64,000 nucleotides of DNA, from NCBI GenBank assembly GCA_028023455.1, contig JAQFVV010000008.1, positions 9,796,001 through 9,860,000 of the forward strand, written 5' to 3'. Shown piece by piece: positions 14,140 to 26,429 of the stretch. A program made the translations under genes and the position numbers. Under the pieces are notes generated by a model that saw nothing but the letters and a program-made list of their open reading frames with translations, was not told the DNA's origin and did no database searches. The number at the start of each line of letters is the position of its first letter. The stretch's first letter is position 1. This DNA is from Epiperipatus broadwayi. Taxonomy: Eukaryota; Animalia; Onychophora.

Positions 14140-15636
14140 ATATCTAATATATTGAAACAGTCAGTTTTATCCACCTGCCTATTTCATGTATTTTACCCTC
14201 ACACCTATCTCTATGCCAGGTTTAAACCCTTCTCAGAATACCCATTCAAACAACCTTAAATTACTATATATGCAAAATCACATAAATATATGCGAACGGT
14301 AAGTCAGTAATTTAATAGTATATGTATAAATTAGATATATATTCATTCTAAAAGATATAATTTAAGAAATATTTTAGTTTAAATTATTTAGCCAATTTTA
14401 TTATGTTATTGAAATCGCATATGTATATAAGCCATTTCCGTTATTATTCTGCATGTATGGTAATAAAATTAGTTTTCTCCTAATTATCAAAGTAACTTTT
14501 AATTTTTCTAAACAATTTTTAAATTAGGTCACGCAATAGTCCAATAATCCTAAAATAGCGTGAACTTGATTTTATAAATCTAAAATGTTAATAACTATTT
14601 CGCAGAATTTTATAGCATTGTTGCAATAAACAGCAGGAGGAAAAAAGTAGAAAAGCAAAATATAAATTAGTTGGTATAATTAAAAATGTTTTTCTAAAAT
14701 AAAATAATGGATTTTTCTACTAGCTTTAGAAATTAAATATATTTTTCTAAAATAAATAAATGCAGACAAGCTTGTAAAAATAAACAGGTGGCCAGAGTTA
14801 GAAAAGTATAAGTTCTGTTGCCAAGGATCGATGATATATTTAAGGGAATTGTAAACAGAACCCACGTTCGTTTTATCTTCAAAATGGTGGAGTAGTCGGC
14901 AATCGCTCACCGCCTCTCCTTGCGGTGAATGGAAAAGAATTTTGGTCCGATAAAATATAATGTCGTACACCAGCAAAGCAGCCCGTGGAAAAACCTCCAT
15001 TAACTTTAAATCATCGCCAAAAGTATCAACTTAGTATCTCCCAAGTGCTCAGAACTGCAATGAAGACAACAGACTGGTAAATTGATAAATTTTCACTCAG
15101 AGCTCTGTTCATAAACTGTGACTTTCAATTCTTTCTTTTAAAAGCTAGCTATTTATTAAATCTGCCTTTCCCAAACACCTTTCCTAAAATCTGCAAAGAA
15201 AACTGTTAAATGCTAATGTTTAAATCTTGTAAAACTTGTGATACTGAATTCTCTTTTAAAATGTAAAACCCTAATAATCTATTTTAAACTAAATATATAA
15301 TTTTCTGCAGTCTTTTATGCCAATTTCTAATCTATCCAATTTATTCTATAAATTTATCATTTTAATATTATATGTATTTAATATGCCAAATAACTTGAAA
15401 CCACAACTATTTATTTATAAGTATAATTTTAACTTATCAATCTGAGAAGATAATTTCAAATCTTCGCTATAATAAATATTAAATAATTGAATTATTATTT
15501 TTCTCACTCGCTGTTTCGAGATCATGTTTTTATTTTACTGATTAATTTTTGGGTATGAATATTATAATAATCAGTCATTCTCTAGTTAAAATTGTAGTTT
15601 GCTTAACTCTAGTTATAAATTATAACTATTTATATA

Positions 15637-17004
15637 TGTAACTCGTACAATCATAGGAACTAGCCATAGAGATATTCTCAAAGCACATTTTAATGTTTTA
15701 TTTATAATTATCCCTCAAATATGCTTTATCCTCCTTAGATTTATATATGTTGAGACGCAGGTGATAATCTTAAACTAGGTTACTAATTAATTTAGTCCCT
15801 AAATAGTATATTTGAAATACTAAATTTGAGAACTGGGTTGTATAGATATGCAAATAGACGCTATCTATTTTTAAAGCATGCTAATATAATTTTATGTATT
15901 TGCGTTATATAAGTATAAGTTGTGGATGTGTCCTTACTAAGTACGCAATGTACAATTATCTGCTTGCTGCATGATTATGATTTTTGATGAGTTGCTGGCA
16001 GGTCACACTTATCCACTTAGTTCGGGTAAAGCACACTCTTTTAGAACTAGGGCACAAGGACCTAGATTATTCATAATTAATGCTTATCCGACTCCTATTC
16101 GTAGCAAGTTGAGAGGTTGTAGGGGAACCAAGCCTTTGAGGCTGAAGCCTGTGAATAATGACCCATTCGCACCTTCTAATTTATTAATATTTAAATATGT
16201 GCCATAGAGTACAGTTTTCTCTCCCTTTATATTAAATGCTTATCTAGCATCAGTGTATATCCTAATCTAGGTTAACACGCTAACCTGTGTATCTTTGAGC
16301 TTGATTATGTGCTCGACTTAACTAGATATATAGATAAACATCATAGGAGCGCTATTAAGTTAGTTATATAACTTTGGCTATAAAGTTCCCTAGGAATTAG
16401 CAGACTACACAAGAGCTAGAAATTTGGTATATTAATATAGGCATAAACTTCAATATTGCACTTCACTTTTATTGAACCCTTATGAGATAATATGTAACAT
16501 TAATCTCATTAGTTATGCAACGCCTGTGTGCGTAATCTCTCACATTCTCATTATATAATTGTGTATATTTTGATTTACTATTTGTTATTGTTTTATTCAA
16601 TTAATAATATTTAAAATTATAACTCACTTTCATATCTTTATTGTCCATGAGTTCATTTTATCCAACTCTACATTTATTTGCACAGACATCATTATATCTA
16701 TATGTAGATCATTCTATTAAATTTCACAATCAATCGTTGATATATTAATTAATCATTTAGTCATATGTGTGTATATCTGACCAAATCAGTGTTAAATTAG
16801 TTAATTTATGAGTCTTTTGTTTTACCCTGGGTGACTGTCGGACTGTGGTTAAATTGAATGTCTGTGTAAGTTGAGAAATGTCATCGTAGGGTATTAGATC
16901 ATTGAGCAGAGGTGAAAGGATTGAATGTTGATCGGATTCTGTATCCCAGCATCCGGATTTGATCAGCTTTAGTGTATTTTGCCTGTGTTCTAGATTTTGT
17001 TACA
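15637..17004. mobile_element. Possible LTR (solo or truncated) of an LTR retrotransposon
   Basis: A compositionally distinct ~1.37-kb block bounded by TGTAAC (15637) and GTTACA (~17004) and followed by TGG. No convincing TSD found. Confidence 0.3.
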
Positions 17005-18857
17005 TGGAAGGACAATTCTTACTGTTACAATATTATGCAATAATTATATATAATAAGATTTCAGTAATGCAAAAACTTGTTACTAAAAATTCAAAGTTGT
17101 TATATCAATTATAATCAATTCAAATTTGTATCTATTTTAAAAGTAATAATAAATAAAATTATAAAAAATTTAGAAAAAAAAAAGTCAAGTGTTAAGATAT
17201 TCAAAAAGATGCAGAAGAAATTATCATTAAAATTTCATAATGCTAGTAGATAAGTGAGAAATTCAAAAATGATATTGGTCAAAAAAAGCACCCAAATCCT
17301 TAGATATTATTGGCAATATTTGCCTACAAAAAACTGGCACTGAATATAGGCTGTAAAATTTCAACTACACTTCACCAACAAGTCAAAGTGTATAATAAAA
17401 AATAACTGGAATCATAAATTATTGAGCACCATAGACATACCTATGTCTGGCAATATATACAATGCTGCTAATAAAAAATAATAAATTCAATTCTGTAATC
17501 ATGTTATTGTTAGTCAAATTTGATGATAATCAATACTAACAAAAAAAAATTTGTTATTTCATACATTTCCACTATTATATCTAATCCTTCCATGCTTACT
17601 TGGAGATATTTTATAATGGGGGTAAAAAAAAATCTTACAATAGGCCATTAAGGCTAAATCCGGCCAGTGTTTGCCATCCAATTTATGACAAATATGTTTA
17701 TTGTTATCACTAAGGGTTATCAAATTCTCTATGTAACAGTTATGGTTCTATTATATACTGATCTAGCCAAATTCATGACTACTAAATAGTCCTGATGATC
17801 ATGTGTTCTTTCCTGCAACTACTTTTTACAACATTGTTTTCTTTTGAACTCCAATGCATGAACTTGATTTGGATATGAATAATCAAATGTACAATAATAA
17901 GATTGGTATCTTCCGCTCTTCAATATGCTACAACAACATTGATTTTATTATGTTGTTTACTGAACATAAAATATTGCTACTAGATGACTTTTTTCCCCTC
18001 ATATATCTTGTAGCATGCATATGATTGCCAGTGGCTCATATCCATACATTTGCATGTCACTATATATACCACAATTCTCATTTTTGTCACAATTACCTAT
18101 GATCAAAATATCAAAAATTAATGAAAATATTTTTTTCAAAAATTTACCACAAAAAGATAATAAATTCCAATAAAAACATTTTAAAATTAAAATTTTAAAA
18201 AAAAACACACACCAACATGAAAATGACATATTTTTTTTACAATAAAGTATATAAATCATGATCTTTCTCAATGTTCACTTATTCATTAAAAATACTAAAA
18301 TTTACAATATCCAAAATTTGGATGCTATTTTTTTTTAACTTGAAGAAGTGAAAATTTATGCACAATAATAATTTAAATTTATATAAAAGTTATTATTAAA
18401 ATATTTATTAATCAGAACAAAAAATAATTATAAAAAACAACTATAAGCTATTATTCATGATTATTAATAGTTGCACAATCATAGTACATTGTTTCTCAAT
18501 TTTCCACAAAAAATCGAAAGTAAAAAGAAAATGTTTATAATACAACAGAAATATAATTATTATACAATCTTATATATATAAAAAAAGAGATAGAATTAAA
18601 AACTAATAGCATCACTGAATTTAAATATAATGATAACAAATTTTCCAGAAATTATTTAAAATATAAAATAATAATAATAAAATGAAAAAAAAAAAATTAT
18701 ATTAGAAATTTAATAACTGAAGCACAGGCTTGTTATATACCTGTGTCTATATATATGTAATATAGGGTATATGAGCACAGACTTTCACACCACTCTCCAC
18801 TCTATCCAATAACACTGATACACCTAAACAAATATATGCTGAAAAGATAAATAATCA

Positions 18858-18899
18858 CCAATATACGTATTTCATGCTAAACCAGCAATCATCAGTTGG
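18858..18899 (-). ncRNA. Minimal type I hammerhead ribozyme (A1)
   Basis: Minus strand reads CCAA CTGATGA T-TGCT-GGTTT-AGCA-T GAAA TACGTA TA|TTGG. Features: stem I CCAA/TTGG, core CUGAUGA and GAAA, stem II TGCT/AGCA, palindromic stem III ATACGTAT, AUA cleavage triplet. Confidence 0.85.
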
Positions 18900-19330
18900 T
18901 CCAGACTATCATCTTTACACACATATATAGTATAAGTGCTCAGATATATATTGATAGACAATCCTCATAGTTTAATGGACAGGCTTCAATCTACTCCACA
19001 CTCCAACTCTTCAACTGTCCATCCAATTGAAAATCTGATGATGGAATGCTCAAAGGCCACCCTGAGGCTGAGATTCTTGTCACACCCATGTTGACCTAAG
19101 GTCAATCTGAACCCCACATGTACAGGACATAATCCATTTAATACATATGCAAGGATGGGCAGACATCTCTATAATGTAATAACTGAAACACAGGCTTGTT
19201 ATATACCTGTGTCTATATATATGTAATATAGGGTATATGAGCACAGACTTTCACACCACCCACCACTCTCCACTCTATCCAATAACACTGATACACCTAA
19301 ACAAATATATGCTGAAAAGATAAATAATCA

Positions 19331-19372
19331 CCAATATACGTATTTCATGCTAAACCAGCAATCATCAGTTGG
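19331..19372 (-). ncRNA. Minimal type I hammerhead ribozyme (A2)
   Basis: Identical to A1 and 473 nt away in the same orientation. Confidence 0.85.
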
Positions 19373-19786
19373 TCCAGACTATCATCTTTACACACATATA
19401 TAGTATAAGTGCTCAGATATATATTGATAGACAATCCTCATAGTTTAATGGACAAGCTTCAATCTACTCCACACTCCAACTCTTCATAGAGAGATGTCTG
19501 CCCATCCTTGCATATGTATTAAATGGATTATGTCCTGTACATGTGGGGTTCAGATTGACCTTAGGTCAACATGGGTGTGACAAGAATCTCAGCCTCAGGG
19601 TGGCCTTTGAGCATTCCATCATCAGATTTTCAATTGGATGGACAGTTAGATTTTCAATTGGATGGACAGTTGAAGAGTTGGAGTGTGGAGTAGATTGAAG
19701 CCTGTCCATTAAACTATGAGGATTGTCTATCAATATATATATCTGAGCACTTATACTATATATGTGTGTAAAGATGATAGTCTGGA

Positions 19787-19828
19787 CCAACTGATGATTG
19801 CTGGTTTAGCATGAAATACGTATATTGG
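19787..19828 (+). ncRNA. Minimal type I hammerhead ribozyme (A3, inverted copy)
   Basis: CCAA(19787) CTGATGA(19791-97) TTGCTGGTTTAGCAT GAAA(19813-16) TACGTATA TTGG(19825-28). Predicted cleavage after A19824. Confidence 0.85.
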
Positions 19829-21239
19829 TGATTATTTATCTTTTCAGCATATATTTGTTTAGGTGTATCAGTGTTATTGGATAGAGTGGAGAGTGGTGGG
19901 TGGTGTGAAAGTCTGTGCTCATATATTAGAAATTTACTTTAAAAATCCTAATTTGGGGTTTTTTAAGCTAAGAAATTATCATTCTGCAAAGTTTTATCAA
20001 ATATTCACAAGATATCATTTAACAAACATTAAATACTAAAAATAAATTTAAAAAATATTTAACTTGGATTAAGATTCAAATGCTGAGATTAACATTTGTT
20101 TAATAAACATAAATCAATGAATGATTTCTACAAAAAATTATCTAATAATAAATAATGTAAGCATTATTATTTTTTTAAACATTATCTGAATGTTTTTAAC
20201 TTTTGTGTTAAAAATATTGTGTAAGCAATTGCAAATATGAAAAAGTAAAAATGTTAATAATTTAAGAAATTTTTATTTTAGCATCTAATTATTTTAAAAA
20301 ATTTTTTTTTATACTTTTAACACGTTAATTATTTTAAAAAAGTTTTTGTTTACTTATTTTATTAATAAATAATATTAATAAAAACAGCACAATTAATGGT
20401 AAATTGTAACAAATTTTAACATATTAAGTTATAATAATTTACAGTGAACACACGGAAAAAAAAAATTCATTATGATTAAATTATTCTACCCTGTAATGAG
20501 AATTATTTTCATTAATTAAGATCATATTAAAATTAGTATTACTAATTGGCAATGTAATTAGAAAACATACTCAGCTATATAAGACAATAGAATGTTTAAA
20601 AATATAATTGGTAAATATAAACATTAAAATGCAACCAAGAATTTATATATATTAAAGTAACTATTATTTGTATTACAAATTACCTGTCCTTATGTGTAAT
20701 AGGATATGGTGACCTATATAAAATTCATCTAAAATTATGACAGATACTAAATAATCTAATCTGAAATTAAAATAATTTTCATAAAGATAAAATAGTATAA
20801 ATTGCCAGCAATTTTAAAATATCAAAAAAAAACAATAAAGCTAAGAAAAAAATCTATTAATTTTGTTTGTTGGCAAATTTTTAATTTTAATAGATGTTTT
20901 AAATTCATATTTTTGATAGCATTTCTATTATATTTTTCATAAATATGATTAAAAACATATGCACAGAACTATAATAACAAATAATAAAGAAAATAAATCA
21001 AGAAATAATTTTTGTTCTAAAACATTTATTAAAAATAATTTTGATAAATAATAAAAATGTGAATATAATTTTTTATCTACATTCATATATAACACATGTA
21101 TAAATATATACATAAGCTTTTATTTGCATAAACTTTTTCTTTCATTTTAAAACTAAATGTAAAATGAGCCGTGTGATTATTTATTACATAAACATTCATT
21201 ATCTCCCAAAAAAAAAATCTCACAAGCCAATCTAAACAA

Positions 21240-21660
21240 TTTTCTCCAAGCCTAACTACTACTACTTTTTTTGCCTCCTTAAATATGTATAATTACTTAT
21301 CTCTTTAAGATCATTAAACAGACTTTTCCTTTTCTCACCTCTCTTTTACTTTTGTAATCCATTCCAACATATTTTTCATAATTTCCTTTCCTTAAAGGAC
21401 ATGCTCAATCATTTATAATTTCTTCACTTCTTACCATTTTTTTTACATTGCTAATCTTATTTTTTCATCCTCTTCTAAATCCACATTTCAAAAGCTTCTA
21501 AACTTTTCTTTTTCTACTTGTCCAGGTCTCTACTCCATATAACACAATAAATAAGGCAAATATTTTGTTTATTTAATCATTTTCTTAAATCTAATGTTAA
21601 TAGACCACATAACAATCTCATCTTTTTATTAATGGTAAAATGGGGAAGAGTGTTTAAGAA
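21240..21660 (-). mobile_element. RTE-like LINE 3' fragment
   Basis: Minus strand encodes VLYGVETWTSRKRK..EAFEMW, a typical post-RT RTE motif. Confidence 0.6.
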
Positions 21661-22112
21661 AAAGCAATTTAAGTAAATATTTATCAAAAATGTATTATTA
21701 TAGATGGGGAAAAAAATGACTCCATAATTGAAAAACTTATTTAAATATCAAGAGAATGACATTTTTATATCAGCTTGAAAAAAAGACAAAAAACAAAAAG
21801 ATTATAATGAAATATGAGCTAAATAATTGTTAGCATTAAAAACTTTATTTGATAATTTGATCAAACATTAAAAAGATGACAAAGAAGCAAGGTTTATTAT
21901 AAGCACAGTAAATAATTTTAAATTTAATTTTTCTTTAATTATCAATATTTATAAGCAAAATTCTTTAATATTATTTTTCTTGTTTAATTTACACAGAACT
22001 AAGCAATAATATTTCTTTAAAGTTTTATTTTTATTATCAGTTATCCAGACAAATTATAATTTCAAAAATATTAGAAAACTATCCTAAGATTTGTGAATTA
22101 TACTCAACCTAT

Positions 22113-22686
22113 ATGTGATAATATGTTTGACTATTTCTATCATCTCTCTTGAATGTATAGAATATTTTAAACCTTATTTAAATTTCAAATACACTTGATA
22201 GTAATAACATGCAAATAGACAACACAGGTTAGTAATTACACAACATTTCAAGCAGTATTATTCTGTATTCTTCTTCAGGTGATCCTGGCCTGACAAGTAA
22301 AAATATTAGCATATAAGTTGAACTTGCATTTTTAGATTCTTGAATATTGAAGTTTAAGGCAATGCTCTAATCAACTGAGCTGTTCTGTCAAAGTTCAGTT
22401 GGTTAGAGTGTTGCCTTAAAATTCAATATTCAAGAATCTAAAGTTCGATTCCTATGCTAATATTGTCATTGATCAGGCCAGGAACATCTGAGGAACAGTG
22501 GAAAATAATATTGCTCGAAACACTGTGTAATTACTAACCCGTGTTGTCTATTTGCATGTTATTACTAACAAGTTGTTTGTATTTGAAAAGTTTAAATAAA
22601 ATATAATTTTTTTTTTACATTTAACATTTACTAAGAGATGAAATAGTGCAACATTTAAGATACCATCACCACAAACCTTCAGGCAA
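22113..22686. mobile_element. Foldback of two head-to-head tRNA-derived SINE-like elements, with 13-bp TSD
   Basis: Arms ~22123-22380 and ~22392-22656 are diverged reverse complements. The right arm has an A-box-like AGTTCAGTTGGTTAGAG (~22392) and a B-box GTTCGATTCC (22443-22452). The flanking direct repeat ATACTCAACCTAT is at 22100-22112 and 22687-22699. Confidence 0.75.
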
Positions 22687-24449
22687 ATACTCAACCTATG
22701 ATTTATTTAATAGCTATTTCTCACTTTCATTGAGAAAAATTAAGATACAAACAATATAACAGTTGTTCAAATTAAAAAATGTACTAATGTAGATGTTTCA
22801 TAAAAGCAGTTATTTAAATTTTATAATATTAAAAAAAAATTAGAAAGCTTAATTTTTAAGAATAATTTACTATTCTCCCTCAAAATATTGGAGTTAGAAA
22901 TTTTAGCTATTTAAGTGTAATGACATATATATTTCTTTGCCTTTTTTTTTTTTTTTGCTATACTTAGAAATATGATATGACAAAAAGATAATTTCTAATA
23001 TCATCATTCATAAATAATCAGATATAAAAAAATCATAACCATCAGAGAATGTTATTTATGAATAAAAGATAGAAACTGTCCTATTTAAAGACTATTGCAT
23101 ATTACTCCATTCATAAATAATTTGATCTGAAAAAAAAAATCGTAAACATCAGAGAATGATACTTTTGAATAGAAACTGAAAGGATTTTTTTAAGACCTGC
23201 ATATTATTTCAGGAAATATATTACTAAACACATTCTTAAAGAGCTTAAAATGGCAATAAACCTTCAAGATCAGGTGACAGAATGGCTTTAGAATATTGTG
23301 AGAATTTAAAGCTGTAATTGGATAAATTATTGACTTATTCTGGTATGATCTCTTTGGAAGATTAGAATGCATATATTACATTCAATCATCAGATCCTTAT
23401 TTTGATATCAATCAAAACAGTCAATATGTCTGCATCTAATACATTAATATACTTTGGACAAAATGATTTCAGCATTTATTTAAAATTTTAACACAATCTA
23501 TAATTCAAGTTTCTGGAAAAATTAAAGATCAAACTCATCAGATATTAGACTTTGTAAAAGTGGAGATATATTTCATCATTCCAGATTACATCAATTGTGA
23601 TGCTGACAGGATCAGTGGAAATAAAACTAAACACATAACTTTTATATTTCCTATCAAGATTGGAAAAAATAAATATATTTACTTGCTATTTGTTCTATAG
23701 ATGATTTATAGTTACAATTAATAACATTCTACATAAGGTTGTTATTTTTATTATTAATAATTCTAATCAGTATTCTATGAATTTTCAGTAATATGAAAAG
23801 CCTATTAAAGAAAATTTTGATTAGGTAAAAATCCACTAGTACTTTTTTTTAAAAAATAAAACTGGCTGCTGTCTATTATTCTCTTAAATATACCCCTCTT
23901 TAAAATGAATGAATATATTAATGAAATGAAAAATTTACTAATATATTAACTTTTGGATTGTAAATCATTTTCTTTATATTAAAGATCTCTTATTCTACAT
24001 AAATTATGTGTGCAATTATACACATTATAACTATCTTAAAACATATCAAAAAACCATCAAATTTGATTCTAAGCTTTTAGTAATAAATGATTGCTTAATC
24101 TTTTAGCCCCAAAATTTTCGATGTTCCCATTCTTAATAGTTGACCTTTTAGCTCTGCTTGCAAAATGAAGTATGCTAAAAGAATTTTTTTTTTTTTTGAT
24201 AAAAAATATTGTTTCAAATCAATAATCGAAAGTTTATTTTTTATAAAATTTAAAACAAAACTTAAAAATAGAATAAAAAATCATTTAATTTATTAAAAAG
24301 ATTTTTAAAAAAAGACCACTTTGCTGGTAGTTTTCATATTTTTCATTTCATAAACAGTATTACAAAAAAAGGATATAATAACAAGTACAGAAAAATAACA
24401 AACACAAAAAAATACAAGTCTACTTGTTCCTAAATAACACTTGAATAAT

Positions 24450-25500
24450 AGTAATAAATATACAAATTAATTAAATATTACAAAAAAATAAATTTAAAAC
24501 AAAGTTGAATGCTGAAACATAAGAGCATAATTCAATATTCTTTGGTAATGATTTTTGCTCATATATTATTTCCATTTTATATGTAATGTGAAGCGTGAGC
24601 TACTAATTTGTTAATATCAGGTTTAATACCTATAAACTTAAGTAATAAATTTCCATATTCAACATTTTGCATATAATTTCTTTGATTTAAATTTATGATA
24701 CAGCATTAAATTCACATTCAGTTAAATATGTTGAAAATATTAGAATATTTTTTTAAATAAAACTCTTAATAAAACTTAACAAAATCTGATTTCAATTCAG
24801 TATAATTTTATAGCTCAATAAGATCTTCCTTTACAAAAGGCTCACTAACATAACATTTTCTATATTTACATATGAATTTATTATCCAATCTGAAACTTTC
24901 AAATTAAGATGATCTTCAAACCTTTTCATTATTTTTTTTATATACCTTTTATAAATGATTCACTTAAATCAATAAGATGTCAATACTTATTTCATTTTTT
25001 TTTAGTTCCAACAAATTTGGAAAATGATATAATTTTCATAATTCAATGTTATATTTAAAATAAATTAATTTTGATATAAATGTTAATAATTGTATCGTCA
25101 CTTTAATAAGTATTACAATTTGTTCTAATTGTGAATTCATTATTGGTTGAATTTAATAAACAAATTTGATATAATATCAACTTTAATTTTTAAAGGTTAT
25201 CACTGACTATCTTTCATATTTTAAAAAGACTCCACAATGGTATCAAAAGATTTATAAAATTATTTTAAGACTTACCTTTTGATAGTCAGTGAACTTCAAA
25301 GTAAAGTAATAATCACTCAAAACGTTCATTATTTTTAACACAAAATTTTTGAAAAAGATGATGATTGGGATGTGATTTAATTTTGATTATAATAGTCATC
25401 ACAATTTATAAAAAACTGCAAATGATCCAAGTTTTTTTTTTGCAACTAAACGCTGGTGATAAATGATAATTATAATGAGTGATAATACGTTATTTGGTAA
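24450..25500 (-). mobile_element. Decayed LINE RT remnant (CR1/L2/Jockey-like)
   Basis: Minus-strand traces of KAFDT (KSFDTIVES, ~25255) and xDDT (~25100). Otherwise scrambled. Confidence 0.35.
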
Positions 25501-25902
25501 GCCTTTTTTTTTGTATCTTTAGCTTCCAAATATTTTGAAAATAATTATTCATTTAACTTTTCTCTTTTTATAAATCATATATTAAAAAAAATAGCAATGA
25601 TTCATTGCCTGGAAACATTGATTCATCTAACTATAATGCAAATTCTATTTTTATAAATATTGCATACAGTATTTTCTGTAAAATATCAGCCATACCATAT
25701 ATTAGTAGTCTTAGCAATATAACATTGCATAAGACTTAAGGCAGAGACTAACTAGGCAAATTAAGAGTCATAGATCACATGACCCTAGTCTCTTAAGCTT
25801 GTAAGTTATAAACAATGAGGACTGCCCAATTCCTCAACAAGCTATGTGATAAATGCTTAGCTAGAGAAAGCATTTAAAATATGTCAGGACCCCCCCTCCA
25901 AA

Positions 25903-25941
25903 CTCTGACCATGGTTTCATGCTTTAGCACTCCTCAGAGAG
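25903..25941 (-). ncRNA. Minimal type I hammerhead ribozyme (B1), fully canonical core
   Basis: Minus strand reads CTCT CTGAGGA GTGC-TAAA-GCAT GAAA CCATG GTC|AGAG. Features: stem I CTCT/AGAG, palindromic stem III ACCATGGT, GUC triplet. Confidence 0.9.
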
Positions 25942-26390
25942 GTGCTAGGATAGGTTCAGACACTAGATCTAAAATCACTAAGCGAAAGCCAGCATTTAAC
26001 TAAACGTTATCTATTGAGTGGAAAATCTGAAATTTCCAGACACCTACACGTCTTCAAACCCAGCTATCCAGCTCAAATACCTATATGGGGCTGAGAGATC
26101 TTCAGCCATAACATATATTAGTAGTCTTAGCAATATAACATTGCATAAGACTTAAGGCACATGACCCTATTCTCTTAAGCTTGTAAGTTATAAACAATAA
26201 GGATTGCCAATTCCTCAACAAGCTTTGTGAAGATCTCTCAGCCCCATATAGCTATTTGAGTTGGATAGCTGGGTTTGAAGACATGTAGGTGTCTGAAAAT
26301 TTCAGATTTTCCACTCAATAGATAACTTTTAGTTAATTTCTGGCTTTAGGTTGGTGTTTTTAGATCTAGTGTCTAAACCTACCCTAGCAC

Positions 26391-26429
26391 TTCTCTGAGG
26401 AGTGCCAGAGCACGAACCCATGGTCAGAG
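26391..26429 (+). ncRNA. Hammerhead ribozyme copy B3 (GAAA>GAAC, probably inactive)
   Basis: TTCT CTGAGGA GTGC-CAGA-GCAC GAAC CCATG GTC AGAG. A15.1 is replaced by C. Confidence 0.7.

Larger units (their letters stand above)
18713..19921. mobile_element. Retrozyme-like insertion A: ~1.7 tandem monomers (466-473 bp) joined to one inverted monomer, with 15-bp TSD
   Basis: A1 ~18711-19176 and partial A2 19177-19486 are near-identical direct repeats. A3 ~19487-19925 is their reverse complement. The flanking direct repeat TATATTAGAAATTTA is at 18698-18712 and 19922-19936. Each copy carries a hammerhead motif. Confidence 0.85.

Noticed and set aside
17250-17470. Autonomous Penelope GIY-YIG remnant (a DIGQ-like motif)
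   Set aside because: Too short and degenerate. I found no PLE RT or endonuclease in this window, so the proposed mobilising partner must lie elsewhere.
19035-19060. Second hammerhead (plus-strand CTGATGA) in monomer A; likewise CTGAAGA at the B monomer junction (~26648)
   Set aside because: No correctly placed GAAA, stem II or stem I partner.
19566-19790. 74-aa ORF in inverted monomer A3
   Set aside because: It depends on a copy-specific 20-bp duplication, is antisense to that copy's ribozyme and has no recognisable homology.
22392-22455. Functional tRNA gene
   Set aside because: Only A/B-box-like motifs remain. I could not build a cloverleaf, and the sequence is part of a larger inverted repeat element.
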